Source of the DNA: an uncultured Actinomycetota bacterium
GTDB lineage: Bacteria; Actinomycetota; Actinomycetes; Frankiales; Frankiaceae
Assembly (NCBI GenBank): GCA_963839015.1
Contig: CAWITL010000010.1
Coordinates: 501,466 to 565,465 of the forward strand
Reading direction: 5' to 3'
DNA length: 64,000 nucleotides
A model generated the notes under the pieces. The model did no database searches, was not told the origin of the DNA, and saw only the letters and a program-made list of their open reading frames with translations. Shown piece by piece: positions 1 through 9,355 of this stretch (its first letter is position 1; each line of letters opens with the position of its first letter). A program made the translations under genes and the position numbers.

Positions 1-5
1 CCGCT

Positions 6-194
6 ATGGAGTCCGCTATGACGATCCTGCTCACGAGCCTTCTTATCTTTGCCGTCATCGTCGGCTCGGTGGCGCTGCTGGTCACCGCGCTGCAGCTGGT
101 GGCCGTCGTCTTTGAACGCCTCGCGGCAGCTGACGTCGTCCGCCGCGCCGAAGACCTGCTGCGAACGCACGCCGGACGGCCGCGGCGCGCCTGA
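6..194 (+). CDS. hypothetical small membrane protein (62 aa)
   Basis: The ORF has one clear hydrophobic helix (ILLTSLLIFAVIVGSVALLVTALQLVAVV) followed by a basic tail. Third codon positions are G/C-rich like neighbouring genes. It sits at the window edge, so the upstream context is unseen. Confidence 0.3.
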   Translation: MESAMTILLTSLLIFAVIVGSVALLVTALQLVAVVFERLAAADVVRRAEDLLRTHAGRPRRA

Positions 195-207
195 CGGCAG
201 GCCTCCC

Positions 208-1827
208 TCACCTCGCCGGCGGCGAGTACACCCGACGCAGCAACACGCTGGTGGCGGCCTGACGCACCCCTCCCAGGACACCCGAACGCGCCAGCGCCGC
301 GCGAGCGGCATTGGAGCCCGGACCACCGTGCACTCCCCCGCCCGGATGCGCCGTGGCCCCCGCCAGGTAGAGCCGGTCTATCGGCGTCGCAGCCCCGCCG
401 AGCCCCGGAACCGGCCGGAATACCAATTGCTGGTGAAGCTGACCGGTGCCGGCGTTGATGGCGCCGCCCACCAGCGACGGGTTCTGCTGCTGCAAGCGGG
501 CCGGTGACTGCACGCTCCGGCCGACCACCAGCCGGCCGAATCCAGGCGCGTGCTCCTCCATGACTTCAGCAACTCGCTCGACCTGGCGGTCGACCCGTTC
601 GGGATCGCCTGCCGCCGACCGGGGCAGATGCGTGTAGGCCCAGGCGGACTCGGTGCCGGCCGGCGAACGGGTGACATCACTGGTGGTCATCTGACCGAAC
701 AGCAGGAACGGCTGTTTCGGATCGCGTCCGGTCGCCAAGTCTGCGGCGTAGTCGGTAAGGCCGTCGAGGTCGGCTCCGAGGTGCACCGTTCCGGCCGCCG
801 CTGCTTCGCGAGCAGACCACGGGACCGGAGCCGAGAGCGCCCAGTCGATCTTCAGCGTCGCCGTATCCCATTCGAAATTCGCCAGATCGGCGATCAGCCG
901 GGGCGGCAGGTGGTGCGCCCCGACCAACGCCTTGTAGAGCTCGGGGGCCGGCACGTCAGCGAGCACTGCGCGGCCGGCGCGCACGACCTCCCCGGACTCC
1001 AGGGTCACGCCGGCCGCCGCCCCGTCGACGATGACGATGTCGCGTACGGCCGCGTCCAGCCGCAGGACACCTCCCCGGACCTGCAGCCGGGAGACGAGCG
1101 CATCCGCCAGCCGACCGGCACCTCCGACCGGCACCGGAAAGCCGTGGGACTGGCCGAGCATGGTGAGCAGCCAGCCAAAGATCGCGCTGCCCGCCCCGTC
1201 CGGTGAAAGGTCGGCATGCAGCGCGTTGCCGGCGAAAAGCAGCGGGGCCCCTTCACCGCGGAAATGCTCGCCGCCGAACCGGCGCACCGGCAGCACCCCG
1301 AGCCGGGCCATCCGAAGCGCCTCCGCGATGCCCAGTTCGCGCAGGAGTCGTTGCACCGCGACGATCGGCGGAAACGGCTGCAGCAGCGCCGCGATGACGG
1401 TCTCGCCGATCCGGTCCCACTGGCCGACGAGTTTCAGGAACGCGGCGCCGTCCGCCTCATGGAAACCAGCCACCGAGTCGGCGGTCCGCTCCCGGTCGCG
1501 AGACAGCACGACGCATCGGTCGTCAGGAAGCACATGCGCGAGAACCGCCGGTGCGTGCGTCCAGCTCAGGCCGTAACTGCCGAGCTCGAGTCGCTGCAGG
1601 ACTGGCGAGGCGACGGACAGCGGGTAGAACGCGCTGAACAGGTCTGACAGGAAGCCCGGCGCCGTGACTTCGGCCGAACGTACAGCGCCGCCCGCGTAAC
1701 CGGTGGCCTCGCAGACCACGACGTCCCACCCGGCGTCGGCCAGCAGATTCGCGGCGACGAGACCGTTGTGCCCGGCGCCGATGACCACAGCGTCGGGAGC
1801 CGAATCGCCCCGTACGCTCTGCGGCAT
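208..1827 (-). CDS. NAD(P)/FAD-dependent oxidoreductase, phytoene desaturase (CrtI)-like family
   Basis: 539-aa ORF with an ATG start. It has an N-terminal dinucleotide-binding motif (VVIGAGHNGLVAANLLADAG). Its length and Gly-rich C-terminal region (AGATAHPGGGVHGGPG) are typical of CrtI-like amine/phytoene-type oxidoreductases. Confidence 0.8.
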   Translation of the reverse strand: MPQSVRGDSAPDAVVIGAGHNGLVAANLLADAGWDVVVCEATGYAGGAVRSAEVTAPGFLSDLFSAFYPLSVASPVLQRLELGSYGLSWTHAPAVLAHVLPDDRCVVLSRDRERTADSVAGFHEADGAAFLKLVGQWDRIGETVIAALLQPFPPIVAVQRLLRELGIAEALRMARLGVLPVRRFGGEHFRGEGAPLLFAGNALHADLSPDGAGSAIFGWLLTMLGQSHGFPVPVGGAGRLADALVSRLQVRGGVLRLDAAVRDIVIVDGAAAGVTLESGEVVRAGRAVLADVPAPELYKALVGAHHLPPRLIADLANFEWDTATLKIDWALSAPVPWSAREAAAAGTVHLGADLDGLTDYAADLATGRDPKQPFLLFGQMTTSDVTRSPAGTESAWAYTHLPRSAAGDPERVDRQVERVAEVMEEHAPGFGRLVVGRSVQSPARLQQQNPSLVGGAINAGTGQLHQQLVFRPVPGLGGAATPIDRLYLAGATAHPGGGVHGGPGSNAARAALARSGVLGGVRQAATSVLLRRVYSPPAR

Positions 1828-1884
1828 CAGCCGAACCTACGTCCAGGGGTGAGGCCTCCATACCCGAGCGCCTAAATTGAAGGC

Positions 1885-2322
1885 GTGTTCGAGCTCGGAA
1901 CAGACGGTCCGCTGCTGATCCTGGTCGCCATCGATGGTTCCGAGACCTCGCTGCGCGCGGGGGCATACGCGGCGGGCATGGCGCGGCGACAGCACAGTGA
2001 CCTCGCCGTCGTCTTCGTCCATGCTGTCGGAGCCTTCGCCAAGTCGGTGCCGGGAGCCCTGCCGGCTGTTGAAGAGTCGAACCGGGAAACCGCCGCCGAC
2101 CTTCGCCGGACCATCGAGACCGAGTCGGCTCGGCGCGGGCTCAAGTCCACGTTCTACGAGCGGCACGGCAATCCGCTGACCGAAGTCGAGGCACTCGCCG
2201 ACGAATTGCGGGCCGACGCGCTGGTGGTCGGCGCGTCGACCCAGGCGGGCCACCGCTTTGTCGGATCGTTGGCGTTGCAGCTCGTCCGCGCCGCCCGCTG
2301 GCCGGTCACCGTCGTCCCCTGA
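1885..2322 (+). CDS. universal stress protein (UspA family)
   Basis: 145 aa with a GTG start. It shows the USP signature layout: ILVAIDGSE near the N-terminus and LVVGAS...G..FVGS....LVR.A.WPVTVVP at the C-terminus. Confidence 0.8.
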   Translation: MFELGTDGPLLILVAIDGSETSLRAGAYAAGMARRQHSDLAVVFVHAVGAFAKSVPGALPAVEESNRETAADLRRTIETESARRGLKSTFYERHGNPLTEVEALADELRADALVVGASTQAGHRFVGSLALQLVRAARWPVTVVP

Positions 2323-2347
2323 CAGCGCCGGGTGGTAGGACTCGGGC

Positions 2348-3451
2348 GTGAAGATTCTCGTCATCGGTGGCACCGGGCCGACCGGCATCCCGGTCGTGTC
2401 AGGCCTCGTGGAACGGGAACACGACGTCACGATCCTGCATCGCGGCACGCATGAACGTCCCGAAACCCCCGCTGTCGTCGAACACCTGCATGCCGATCCC
2501 TTCGACGAAGCTTCGCTCGTCTCAGCACTGGAGGGCACGACTTGGGACGTGGTGGTCGCGATGTATGGACGGCTGCGCCGGATTGCCGAGGTGACCAAAG
2601 GCAGTTGCGGACACTTCGTGTCGGTCGGCGGCGTGCCCGCCTATCGCGGCTGGACCGACCCCTGGCAGTACGAACCGGCAGGCCTGCCGGTGCCGGTCCG
2701 CGAGGACGGCGATCTCGTCCAGGATCCCGAGATCGACTCCAAGGGCTACCGGATCGTGCGTACCGAGGAGGCCGTCTTCGCCGCCCATCCGCAGGCCGCG
2801 CACTTCCGGTATCCCTACCTGTACGGGCCCTACCAACCGGTCCCCCGCGAATGGCTGGCGGTGCGGCGTATTCTCGACCACCGCCCGCAGATGATCATCG
2901 CGGACGAGGGACTGACCCTGCACCATCACGCCTACACCGAGAATTGCGCCGCGGCGCTGCTGCTGGCCATCCTGGACGCTGAGCGTTCCGGTGGGACGAT
3001 CTTCAACGTCGGCGACGAAGAAGCGCTCACCGTCCGCCAGATGATCGAGCTGTGCGCCGATGCGCTCGGCGCCGACCTCGAACTGGTCTCGATGCCCTAC
3101 GACCTTGCGCTACCCGCCCGGCCGCTGATTGCCCAGGCGCTGCCGACCCATCGCGTACTCGATCTCAGCGCGTTGCACCATCAGCTCGGTCATCGCGATG
3201 TCGTCCCGGCCCGGGAAGCCGTACGCCGCACCGCACGCTGGCTCGCGGCTCATCCTCCGGAGCCTGGAGGCGCGGAGGAAACGGTGCTCACCGACCCGTT
3301 CGATTACGTCAACGAAGACCGACTCATCGCCTCCTGGACCGCTGCCAAGGCCTCGGTGGCAGTCCCGGCATTCCCGGTGTCGCCCGGCTACGGGCTCGCC
3401 TACAGCGGGCCGCTGGGCCGGCCGCGCACCCAGAAGGAGTTCATCGAATGA
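2348..3451 (+). CDS. NAD-dependent epimerase/dehydratase family protein
   Basis: 367 aa with an N-terminal Rossmann motif (MKILVIGGTGPTG). Its stop overlaps the next start in an ATGA junction at 3448-3451. Confidence 0.75.
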   Translation: MKILVIGGTGPTGIPVVSGLVEREHDVTILHRGTHERPETPAVVEHLHADPFDEASLVSALEGTTWDVVVAMYGRLRRIAEVTKGSCGHFVSVGGVPAYRGWTDPWQYEPAGLPVPVREDGDLVQDPEIDSKGYRIVRTEEAVFAAHPQAAHFRYPYLYGPYQPVPREWLAVRRILDHRPQMIIADEGLTLHHHAYTENCAAALLLAILDAERSGGTIFNVGDEEALTVRQMIELCADALGADLELVSMPYDLALPARPLIAQALPTHRVLDLSALHHQLGHRDVVPAREAVRRTARWLAAHPPEPGGAEETVLTDPFDYVNEDRLIASWTAAKASVAVPAFPVSPGYGLAYSGPLGRPRTQKEFIE

Positions 3452-4662
3452 GCGCTGGTCCCAGTGCAGGTGCCAGTCCTGGTCCGATGGCTGGCATCAA
3501 GGTGCTGGACTTGTCGATCGCGCTGACCGGCCCCTACGCCGCGGCGCTGCTCGCCGATCAGGGCGCGCAGGTCATCAAGATCGAACGGCCCGGTATCGGC
3601 GACATCGCCCGTTGGATCGGTGTCTCGGTGAACGGCATGAGTTCGCTCTACCTCGTCTGCAACCGGGGCAAGCGATCGATCGTCATTGACATCCAGCAGC
3701 CCAAGGGAGCCGATCTGGTACGCCGGCTGGCCACGCAGGCCGATGTGCTCATCCAGAATTTCCGTCCGGGTGTGATGGAGGGCCTCGGGCTCGGCTACGA
3801 CGACATCAAGGCGCTCAATCCGGGCATCGTCTACGCGTCCCTTTCCGGCTTCGGCAGCGTCGGGCCCTATCGCGATCGCAGCGCCTACGACACGGTGATC
3901 CAGTCGTTCGCCGGGCTGGCAGCGAACCAGGCGGATCCCCACGACGGGGTGCCGGTTTTCCTGCGTCAGACCGCCGCCGACAAGATCACTGCGCTGTACG
4001 CCTCGCAGGCGATCACGGCGGCGCTCTTCAACCGGGCCAACGGCGGCAGCGGACAGCACGTGGAACTGTCGATGACCGACGCGGTGGTCTCTTTTCTCTG
4101 GGCGGATTCTGCCGGTAACGAGGTGCTGCTGGACTCCGACCACTCGATGAATTCCAGCTTCGTGGCGGGCTTTCGGCCGATGCGCTTCTTGGACGGCTGG
4201 GGAATCACCACCCCGACTTCCGACCATGACTTCGCCGGAATGTGCCGGGGACTCGGGGTCGAGGGCTATGACGATCCACGTATCGCGACCATCGGCGAAC
4301 GCATCAAACACCGCGAGCTGCTCGAACCGATCATGGACATGTGTTACGCGATGGCCGCGAACATGACCATGGCTGAGGCCACCGCGAACTTCGAACGCGA
4401 GCGGGTGCCGTTCGCGATGATCCTGACCCCTGAGGAACTGACCAAGGACCCGCACGCGGTGGCGATCGGGCTGTTCGAGGAGTCACGGCATCCGATCGTC
4501 GGTCGTGTACGGCTGCCGCGTCATCCGGCCCGTTTCGACACCACTCCGGCCGCTCTGGGCAGCGGCGCGCCGGCGCTGGGAGAGCACACCGACGAGATCC
4601 TGACCGAGCTCGGGCTGGCCGCCCAGATCGAGGACCTCCGCACGGACAAGGTGGTCACCTGA
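3448..4662 (+). CDS. CoA-transferase, family III (CaiB/BaiF-like)
   Basis: An internal ATG at 3448 is in frame within the longer 3052..4662 ORF. From that start the protein reads GIKVLDLSIALTGPYAAALLADQGAQVIKIERPG, the classic family III N-terminus. The C-terminus APALGEHTDEIL is also typical. ATGA overlap with the upstream gene supports this start. Confidence 0.85.
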   Translation: MSAGPSAGASPGPMAGIKVLDLSIALTGPYAAALLADQGAQVIKIERPGIGDIARWIGVSVNGMSSLYLVCNRGKRSIVIDIQQPKGADLVRRLATQADVLIQNFRPGVMEGLGLGYDDIKALNPGIVYASLSGFGSVGPYRDRSAYDTVIQSFAGLAANQADPHDGVPVFLRQTAADKITALYASQAITAALFNRANGGSGQHVELSMTDAVVSFLWADSAGNEVLLDSDHSMNSSFVAGFRPMRFLDGWGITTPTSDHDFAGMCRGLGVEGYDDPRIATIGERIKHRELLEPIMDMCYAMAANMTMAEATANFERERVPFAMILTPEELTKDPHAVAIGLFEESRHPIVGRVRLPRHPARFDTTPAALGSGAPALGEHTDEILTELGLAAQIEDLRTDKVVT

Positions 4663-5615
4663 TGAAGGCCGTCCGCCTGACCGCGGCCGGGATCGCCGGC
4701 ATCGAAGTGGTCGACGTCCCCGAGCCCAGCGACGCATCCGCCGGCGTCGTCGTCCAGGTGCGTTCTTCCGGAATCTGCGGCTCCGATCTGCACATGCTCG
4801 AATGGGGCGCGCTGCCTTTCACCCTTGGACACGAGATCGGCGGCATGCTCGCCGACGGATCACCAGTCACGGTGTGGCCCTTCGTCCCCTGCGAGACCTG
4901 CGACCGATGCCTGGCCGGCGAGGCCCAGCAATGCAGAACCGTGGTTTCCCGCATCTACGGGGTGGGCCCTGACGGTGGCATGTCAAACCGGATGCTGGTC
5001 GATCCGGTCTGTGTCGTGCCCCTGCCGGACGGGCTTTCTCCTGCCGACGCGTGCCTGGTCGAGCCGATCGCCTGCTCGGTGCATGCCCTGCGCCGGGCTG
5101 GTGTCACGAGTAGTGACCGGGTGGCCGTGGTCGGGGCCGGCAGCATCGGGCTCGGCGCTGCCTCGGTCGCCCGCTTCCTGGACTGCCCGGTCGACGTCGC
5201 GGCGCGCCATGACGGCCAACGCGCCGCAGCATCAGCGATTGGCGCCGGCACCGACCCGAGCGGCGAGTACGACGTGGTGGTCGACGCGGCGGGCACCACC
5301 GGCTCCATCGTGCGCAGCCTGGAATTGCTGCGCCCCGGCGGCACCATCGTCGTCGTCTCCAGCGCGTGGGAGCCGGTCGAGCTGCCGATGTACTTCGCGT
5401 CCAAGGAGCCCACGCTCGTCACCTCGACCATGCACGGCCGCGGCGGTGGGCGCGCGACCACAGACATGCAGGAATCCGCACTCCTGCTAGCAGCGATGCC
5501 GGAGGTCGCGCGAGCACTGATCACCCACCGCTTTCCCCTCGATCAGGCGGCGGTCGCCTTCGCCGCGGCCGCCGACCGTTCCGCAGGTGCCATCAAGGTC
5601 GTCCTGGAGCCCTGA
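4662..5615 (+). CDS. zinc-dependent alcohol dehydrogenase (MDR superfamily)
   Basis: Motifs present are GICGSDLH, GHEIGG, a structural-Zn Cys cluster (CETCDRCLAGEAQQC) and an NAD fold (VVGAGSIGLGA). The start overlaps the upstream stop (TGATG). Confidence 0.8.
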   Translation: MKAVRLTAAGIAGIEVVDVPEPSDASAGVVVQVRSSGICGSDLHMLEWGALPFTLGHEIGGMLADGSPVTVWPFVPCETCDRCLAGEAQQCRTVVSRIYGVGPDGGMSNRMLVDPVCVVPLPDGLSPADACLVEPIACSVHALRRAGVTSSDRVAVVGAGSIGLGAASVARFLDCPVDVAARHDGQRAAASAIGAGTDPSGEYDVVVDAAGTTGSIVRSLELLRPGGTIVVVSSAWEPVELPMYFASKEPTLVTSTMHGRGGGRATTDMQESALLLAAMPEVARALITHRFPLDQAAVAFAAAADRSAGAIKVVLEP

Positions 5616-5626
5616 TAGCCAGTCGG

Positions 5627-7189
5627 CTAACGACCCGGATAGCTGGAGTAGCCCGGGAAGTTGCCGTGCAAGCGTTCGGCAGTTCCCTCCGGCCCCAGCG
5701 TGACGGCTTGCACCAGCAGATCCCCGCCGACGAAGGCGCCCTTCCAGGACTCGCCCATTCCCCCGAATACCTCTTCGCGGTCACCGCGGCTCCGGGGCTT
5801 ATTGATGCCGACCTTGAACGACATCAACTGCTGGGCCATCCGGCCCCCGAAGTCGGGGTCGTCGGTGGCGATGCTGCCGACAAGAGAACCGTTGCTGGCG
5901 TTCATGGCGGCCAACAGCTCGGACTCGGTGTCGACCACCACGATCGAATCGAGCGGCCCGAAAGGCTCTGCATGATGCAGCGACCAGGACGCCGGTGGCT
6001 GCAAGACACAGGACGGAGCGACATACGCCGAGGTGTCCTGCCCGTCGAGAAACACCCCTTCTCCAAGACTGCCCTTGTAGATCGGAATCCCATGTCCGCG
6101 CAGCGCTTCGGCGTAGGCGTCGGCAAGTTCAGCGGCCTTGGTCGAGTGAATAACCGGTCCGTAGTCGAGGTCAGGCAGCGGGTCTGCCTCATCAGCGACG
6201 GCAAGCGGATGCCCGAATCGCACCGAGGCGACGACCGGGAGATACATCTCCAGGAAGGCCGGCATCAGGCGGCGCTGGACCACGTATCGCGGGTACGCGG
6301 TGCAGCGCTGCTTGGCGTACTCGAAGCCCTTTCGAAGGTGCGGGGCGAGCAGTTCCCAATCGCTGAAATCCCAGATGCCCCAGGCGTTGAGGCCTTCCTG
6401 TTCGAGCATGTGGCGGCGCCCGGTGTCGGCGAGCGAGACGGCGGCCTTGCGACCGTTCGACCGACCGCCGACGAAAGCGAGCGCACCCAGGCCCTCACTG
6501 CGAATCAGGGCGTCGCCGAGTGAGCCGCCGCGGCCGGAAAGCAGCGTGACGGGAAGGCCGGCGCGACGCATCAGCGCGTGAGCCAGGGTCAGACAGTGAA
6601 AGCCGCCCTGGCTCGGGGTCTTGGCGACGACCGCGTTGCCGGCGAGGACCTGCACCAGCTCCGAATGCACCTGCACACTCATCGGGTAATTCCAGCTGGC
6701 GATGTTCGAGACCGGCCCCGGCAGCGGAGTCCGCAACCGCCCGTTGCGGTCAGTCAGCTGGCGCTCGATCTCATCGACGTACCAGCGAACGCCATCAAGC
6801 GCCCGGTCGACATCGGCGCAAGCCAGCCGCCACGGCTTTCCGATCTCCCACACCAGCAGCATGGCGAGCAGATCGCGGTGAGCGGTCAGCGCATCGACGG
6901 CCTCCGTCACACGCCGGCGGCGCTCTTCAAGATCGACCCGGCTCCACTCCTGATGCTCGACGCACGCCGCCGCAACCGCCTCCACCGCGGCGTCGAAATC
7001 GATGCGTGGTGGCCCGGCGATGGGAGTGCCGTCGATGGGGGTCACGTGGTCGCCGGGGATCCCCACCCGGCGCCACTCGCCGTGAACCAGATTGCGAATC
7101 CGGTCGGTATCGAACGCCTCGGGCGCGACTTGGACACAGTGGGCGTACGTGTCGGTCCACGACGTTCCGCGCTTCAATAGGTAGCTCAT
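5627..7189 (-). CDS. aldehyde dehydrogenase family protein
   Basis: 520 aa with ALDH-type motifs: SWNYP, FVGGRSNG, EQEGLNA (catalytic Glu region) and a QRCTA-type catalytic Cys region. ATGA overlap with the upstream quinone oxidoreductase gene. Confidence 0.85.
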   Translation of the reverse strand: MSYLLKRGTSWTDTYAHCVQVAPEAFDTDRIRNLVHGEWRRVGIPGDHVTPIDGTPIAGPPRIDFDAAVEAVAAACVEHQEWSRVDLEERRRRVTEAVDALTAHRDLLAMLLVWEIGKPWRLACADVDRALDGVRWYVDEIERQLTDRNGRLRTPLPGPVSNIASWNYPMSVQVHSELVQVLAGNAVVAKTPSQGGFHCLTLAHALMRRAGLPVTLLSGRGGSLGDALIRSEGLGALAFVGGRSNGRKAAVSLADTGRRHMLEQEGLNAWGIWDFSDWELLAPHLRKGFEYAKQRCTAYPRYVVQRRLMPAFLEMYLPVVASVRFGHPLAVADEADPLPDLDYGPVIHSTKAAELADAYAEALRGHGIPIYKGSLGEGVFLDGQDTSAYVAPSCVLQPPASWSLHHAEPFGPLDSIVVVDTESELLAAMNASNGSLVGSIATDDPDFGGRMAQQLMSFKVGINKPRSRGDREEVFGGMGESWKGAFVGGDLLVQAVTLGPEGTAERLHGNFPGYSSYPGR

Positions 7190-8196
7190 TGAGCAGACAG
7201 TAGGTCAAGGACGACCTTGCCCACGGTCCTTCTTTCCGCAAGATCTGTCAGGGCCGCTGGAATGTCGTCGGTCAGGGCCAGCACCCGATCGATAACGGGA
7301 TGAAGCCGGCCGGCCCGCAGCTGGCCAAGCACGTCTTCCCAGATCTCACGCCGCCATCCGGCATCGGCTGGTCCGCTGTAGCCCCCGAAGTAGACGCCGA
7401 CAATGTCGTAATTGCGGTACAAGGCGTGATTCGTCGGGGTCGAGGCCAGCTCACCGCTCGCGAACCCCACGACGAGCAGCCGACCTTCGCGGGCCAGCAC
7501 CCGGCGCGACACATGAAATACCTCGCCGCCGACCGAGTCGTAGACGACGTCGACCCCGCGACCGCCGGTCGTCTCGCGAATGGCCGTGATCAGCTCGTCG
7601 CTGGTCAGGTCGAGGTAGTCGATGGCGACGTCGGCCCCGAGCCGGCGGCACAGATCCACCTTCGCCCGGCCGCCGGCCGTCGCGATGACCCGGGCGCCGG
7701 CGATGACTCCCAACTGGATGGCCGCCGATCCGACACCTCCGGCACCGGCATGCACCAGTAGCGTCTCGCCGGCCTTGAGCCGGCCGCGGCGCCCCAGCGC
7801 CAGCTGACCGGTCGTGAAGGGGATGAGAAGGGCGGCAGCGTCGATGTCGGAGACGTCGCCCGGCACCTCGTACAGGCCCTCGCTCTTGATCAGTGCAACC
7901 TCTGCCAGCGAGCCGGCAGGCGGCCCGGCCACACCGACCACGTGGCGGCCCACGAGCTCCGGATCAACCCCCTCGCCGACCGCTTCAACGATGCCGGACG
8001 CCTCCATGCCGGGCGTGAACGGGAAGTCCGGGCGCATCTGGTACGTCCCCCGACACAGCCGCTCGTCCGGGAGGTTCAGCCCGGCGGCATGCACCCGCAG
8101 TGCCACCGTGCCCGGCAGCGGAACCGGTACGAGGCTCTCCTGAAGATGCAGCACGTCGTTGGGAGCACCGTGCTGCTCCACGACCCACGCCTTCAC
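7186..8196 (-). CDS. NADPH:quinone oxidoreductase / zeta-crystallin-like MDR protein
   Basis: I chose the GTG start at 8196, giving MKAWVVEQHGAP..., a typical QOR N-terminus. It forms a GTGA overlap with the upstream CoA-transferase stop. The NAD fold VHAGAGGVGSAAIQL is present. The 121 codons upstream in the maximal ORF are Arg/Gly-rich and run through the neighbouring gene. Confidence 0.8.
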   Translation of the reverse strand: MKAWVVEQHGAPNDVLHLQESLVPVPLPGTVALRVHAAGLNLPDERLCRGTYQMRPDFPFTPGMEASGIVEAVGEGVDPELVGRHVVGVAGPPAGSLAEVALIKSEGLYEVPGDVSDIDAAALLIPFTTGQLALGRRGRLKAGETLLVHAGAGGVGSAAIQLGVIAGARVIATAGGRAKVDLCRRLGADVAIDYLDLTSDELITAIRETTGGRGVDVVYDSVGGEVFHVSRRVLAREGRLLVVGFASGELASTPTNHALYRNYDIVGVYFGGYSGPADAGWRREIWEDVLGQLRAGRLHPVIDRVLALTDDIPAALTDLAERRTVGKVVLDLLSAQ

Positions 8197-9182
8197 AGCC
8201 AGCCTTCCCCGTTGTTGGCGCCCAGGGCTGGAGGTGGGCCGGCCGGCTCCGTTCGTACGCCGTCGAACGACCAGGGTGGACGCGGCACCCCCTCGCCCGG
8301 CGGACGCACCGGGGCCGCCGGTATCCCCGCCGCCCACAGTCTTTCCAGCCAGACCGATGCCGTCTCCGTGGCGGCGGCGGCGCCCACCGCAGCGGCGATA
8401 TCGCTGCGAACGATGTCCGCGGGCAGACCGAAGACCGTCAGCAGCTTCGCGGCGAACCGCATCGGCGCCTGTACCAGGAACCGCGCATCGTCGCCGGCGG
8501 TGAGCACCATCGTCGCTGGTGGGGCGAGGGTCTTCATCCGGTCGGTGACCGCCATCCACTGCGTCAGCGCGCCCGCAAGACTGACCTGCACGTGACTGCC
8601 CACTCCGGTGCGGGAACGCGCCACGAGCGCGGCGAGGACGCCTTGGGCCGCCGCGGCACCCCCGGCCACGTCACCGGCCTGCACCGGCATCGGCAGCGCG
8701 ACGCCGCACCAGCCTTCCATGAGGTCGACGCCGCCGGTCCAGGCCTGCACCGGACCGTCCGTCGCCGAGATGCCGGCCAATTCGTCGTCCTCGTCGAAGC
8801 CGGTGATCGAGCAGGTGACAAGGCGCGGAAAACGCGCCCGCAGGGCAGGACCATCGACTCCGAACTTCGCCGTGACTCCCGGGCGCAGGTTTTCCAGGAA
8901 GACATCCGCGCCCTCGGCCAGCCGGACAAACGATTCCTGGCCCTCCGGGGTCGTGAGATCGATCGTCACTGAGCGGCGGCCACCGTGCAACGCCCGCCAG
9001 TAGTACGACGCGTCGGCCACGCGCGAGTCGGCACCGCCCGTCCAGCCTCCTCGGGTCGGGTCGCCGGAGGGGGGCTCGACCTTGAGAATCTGGGCGCCGA
9101 GGTCGGCCAACGTCCGAGTGGCCAACGGGCCGGCCAGAAAGGTGGTGAGGTCCAGGACGCGGATCCCCGTGAGCGGCATCAT
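8193..9182 (-). CDS. CoA-transferase, family III (short form)
   Basis: The N-terminus reads LTGIRVLDLTTFLAGPLATRTLADLGAQILKVEPPSGDP. At 329 aa it is shorter than typical family members. It is the first gene of a three-gene coupled operon: transferase, QOR, ALDH. Confidence 0.75.
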   Translation of the reverse strand: MMPLTGIRVLDLTTFLAGPLATRTLADLGAQILKVEPPSGDPTRGGWTGGADSRVADASYYWRALHGGRRSVTIDLTTPEGQESFVRLAEGADVFLENLRPGVTAKFGVDGPALRARFPRLVTCSITGFDEDDELAGISATDGPVQAWTGGVDLMEGWCGVALPMPVQAGDVAGGAAAAQGVLAALVARSRTGVGSHVQVSLAGALTQWMAVTDRMKTLAPPATMVLTAGDDARFLVQAPMRFAAKLLTVFGLPADIVRSDIAAAVGAAAATETASVWLERLWAAGIPAAPVRPPGEGVPRPPWSFDGVRTEPAGPPPALGANNGEGWL

Positions 9183-9355
9183 TCGCGCACCCTCTCACCA
9201 CGCCGGCGCTAGGCCGACACGGTGTGCCGGCCTTCCCGGCCGAGGCGCCGTGCACAGTGACTCCTCACAGCGACCACAGCAGGTGGACAGGGCGGCTGCC
9301 AAGACTCCACGACACGAGGCCGGAAACGGCGGCCTCCCACTTCGAGGAGGCCGAC

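Noticed and set aside
3052-3447. N-terminal extensions of maximal ORFs: this one, and also 8197-8559, 24046-24351, 38458-38784 and 58149-58463
   Set aside because: The extensions are Arg/Pro/Gly-rich and run through neighbouring genes or antisense to them. In each case an internal start gives a canonical family N-terminus. That internal start also has a Shine-Dalgarno sequence or an ATGA/GTGA overlap with the upstream gene.
5366-6523. 385-aa plus-strand ORF
   Set aside because: It overlaps the end of the ADH gene out of frame and runs antisense to the ALDH gene. I treat it as a shadow ORF.
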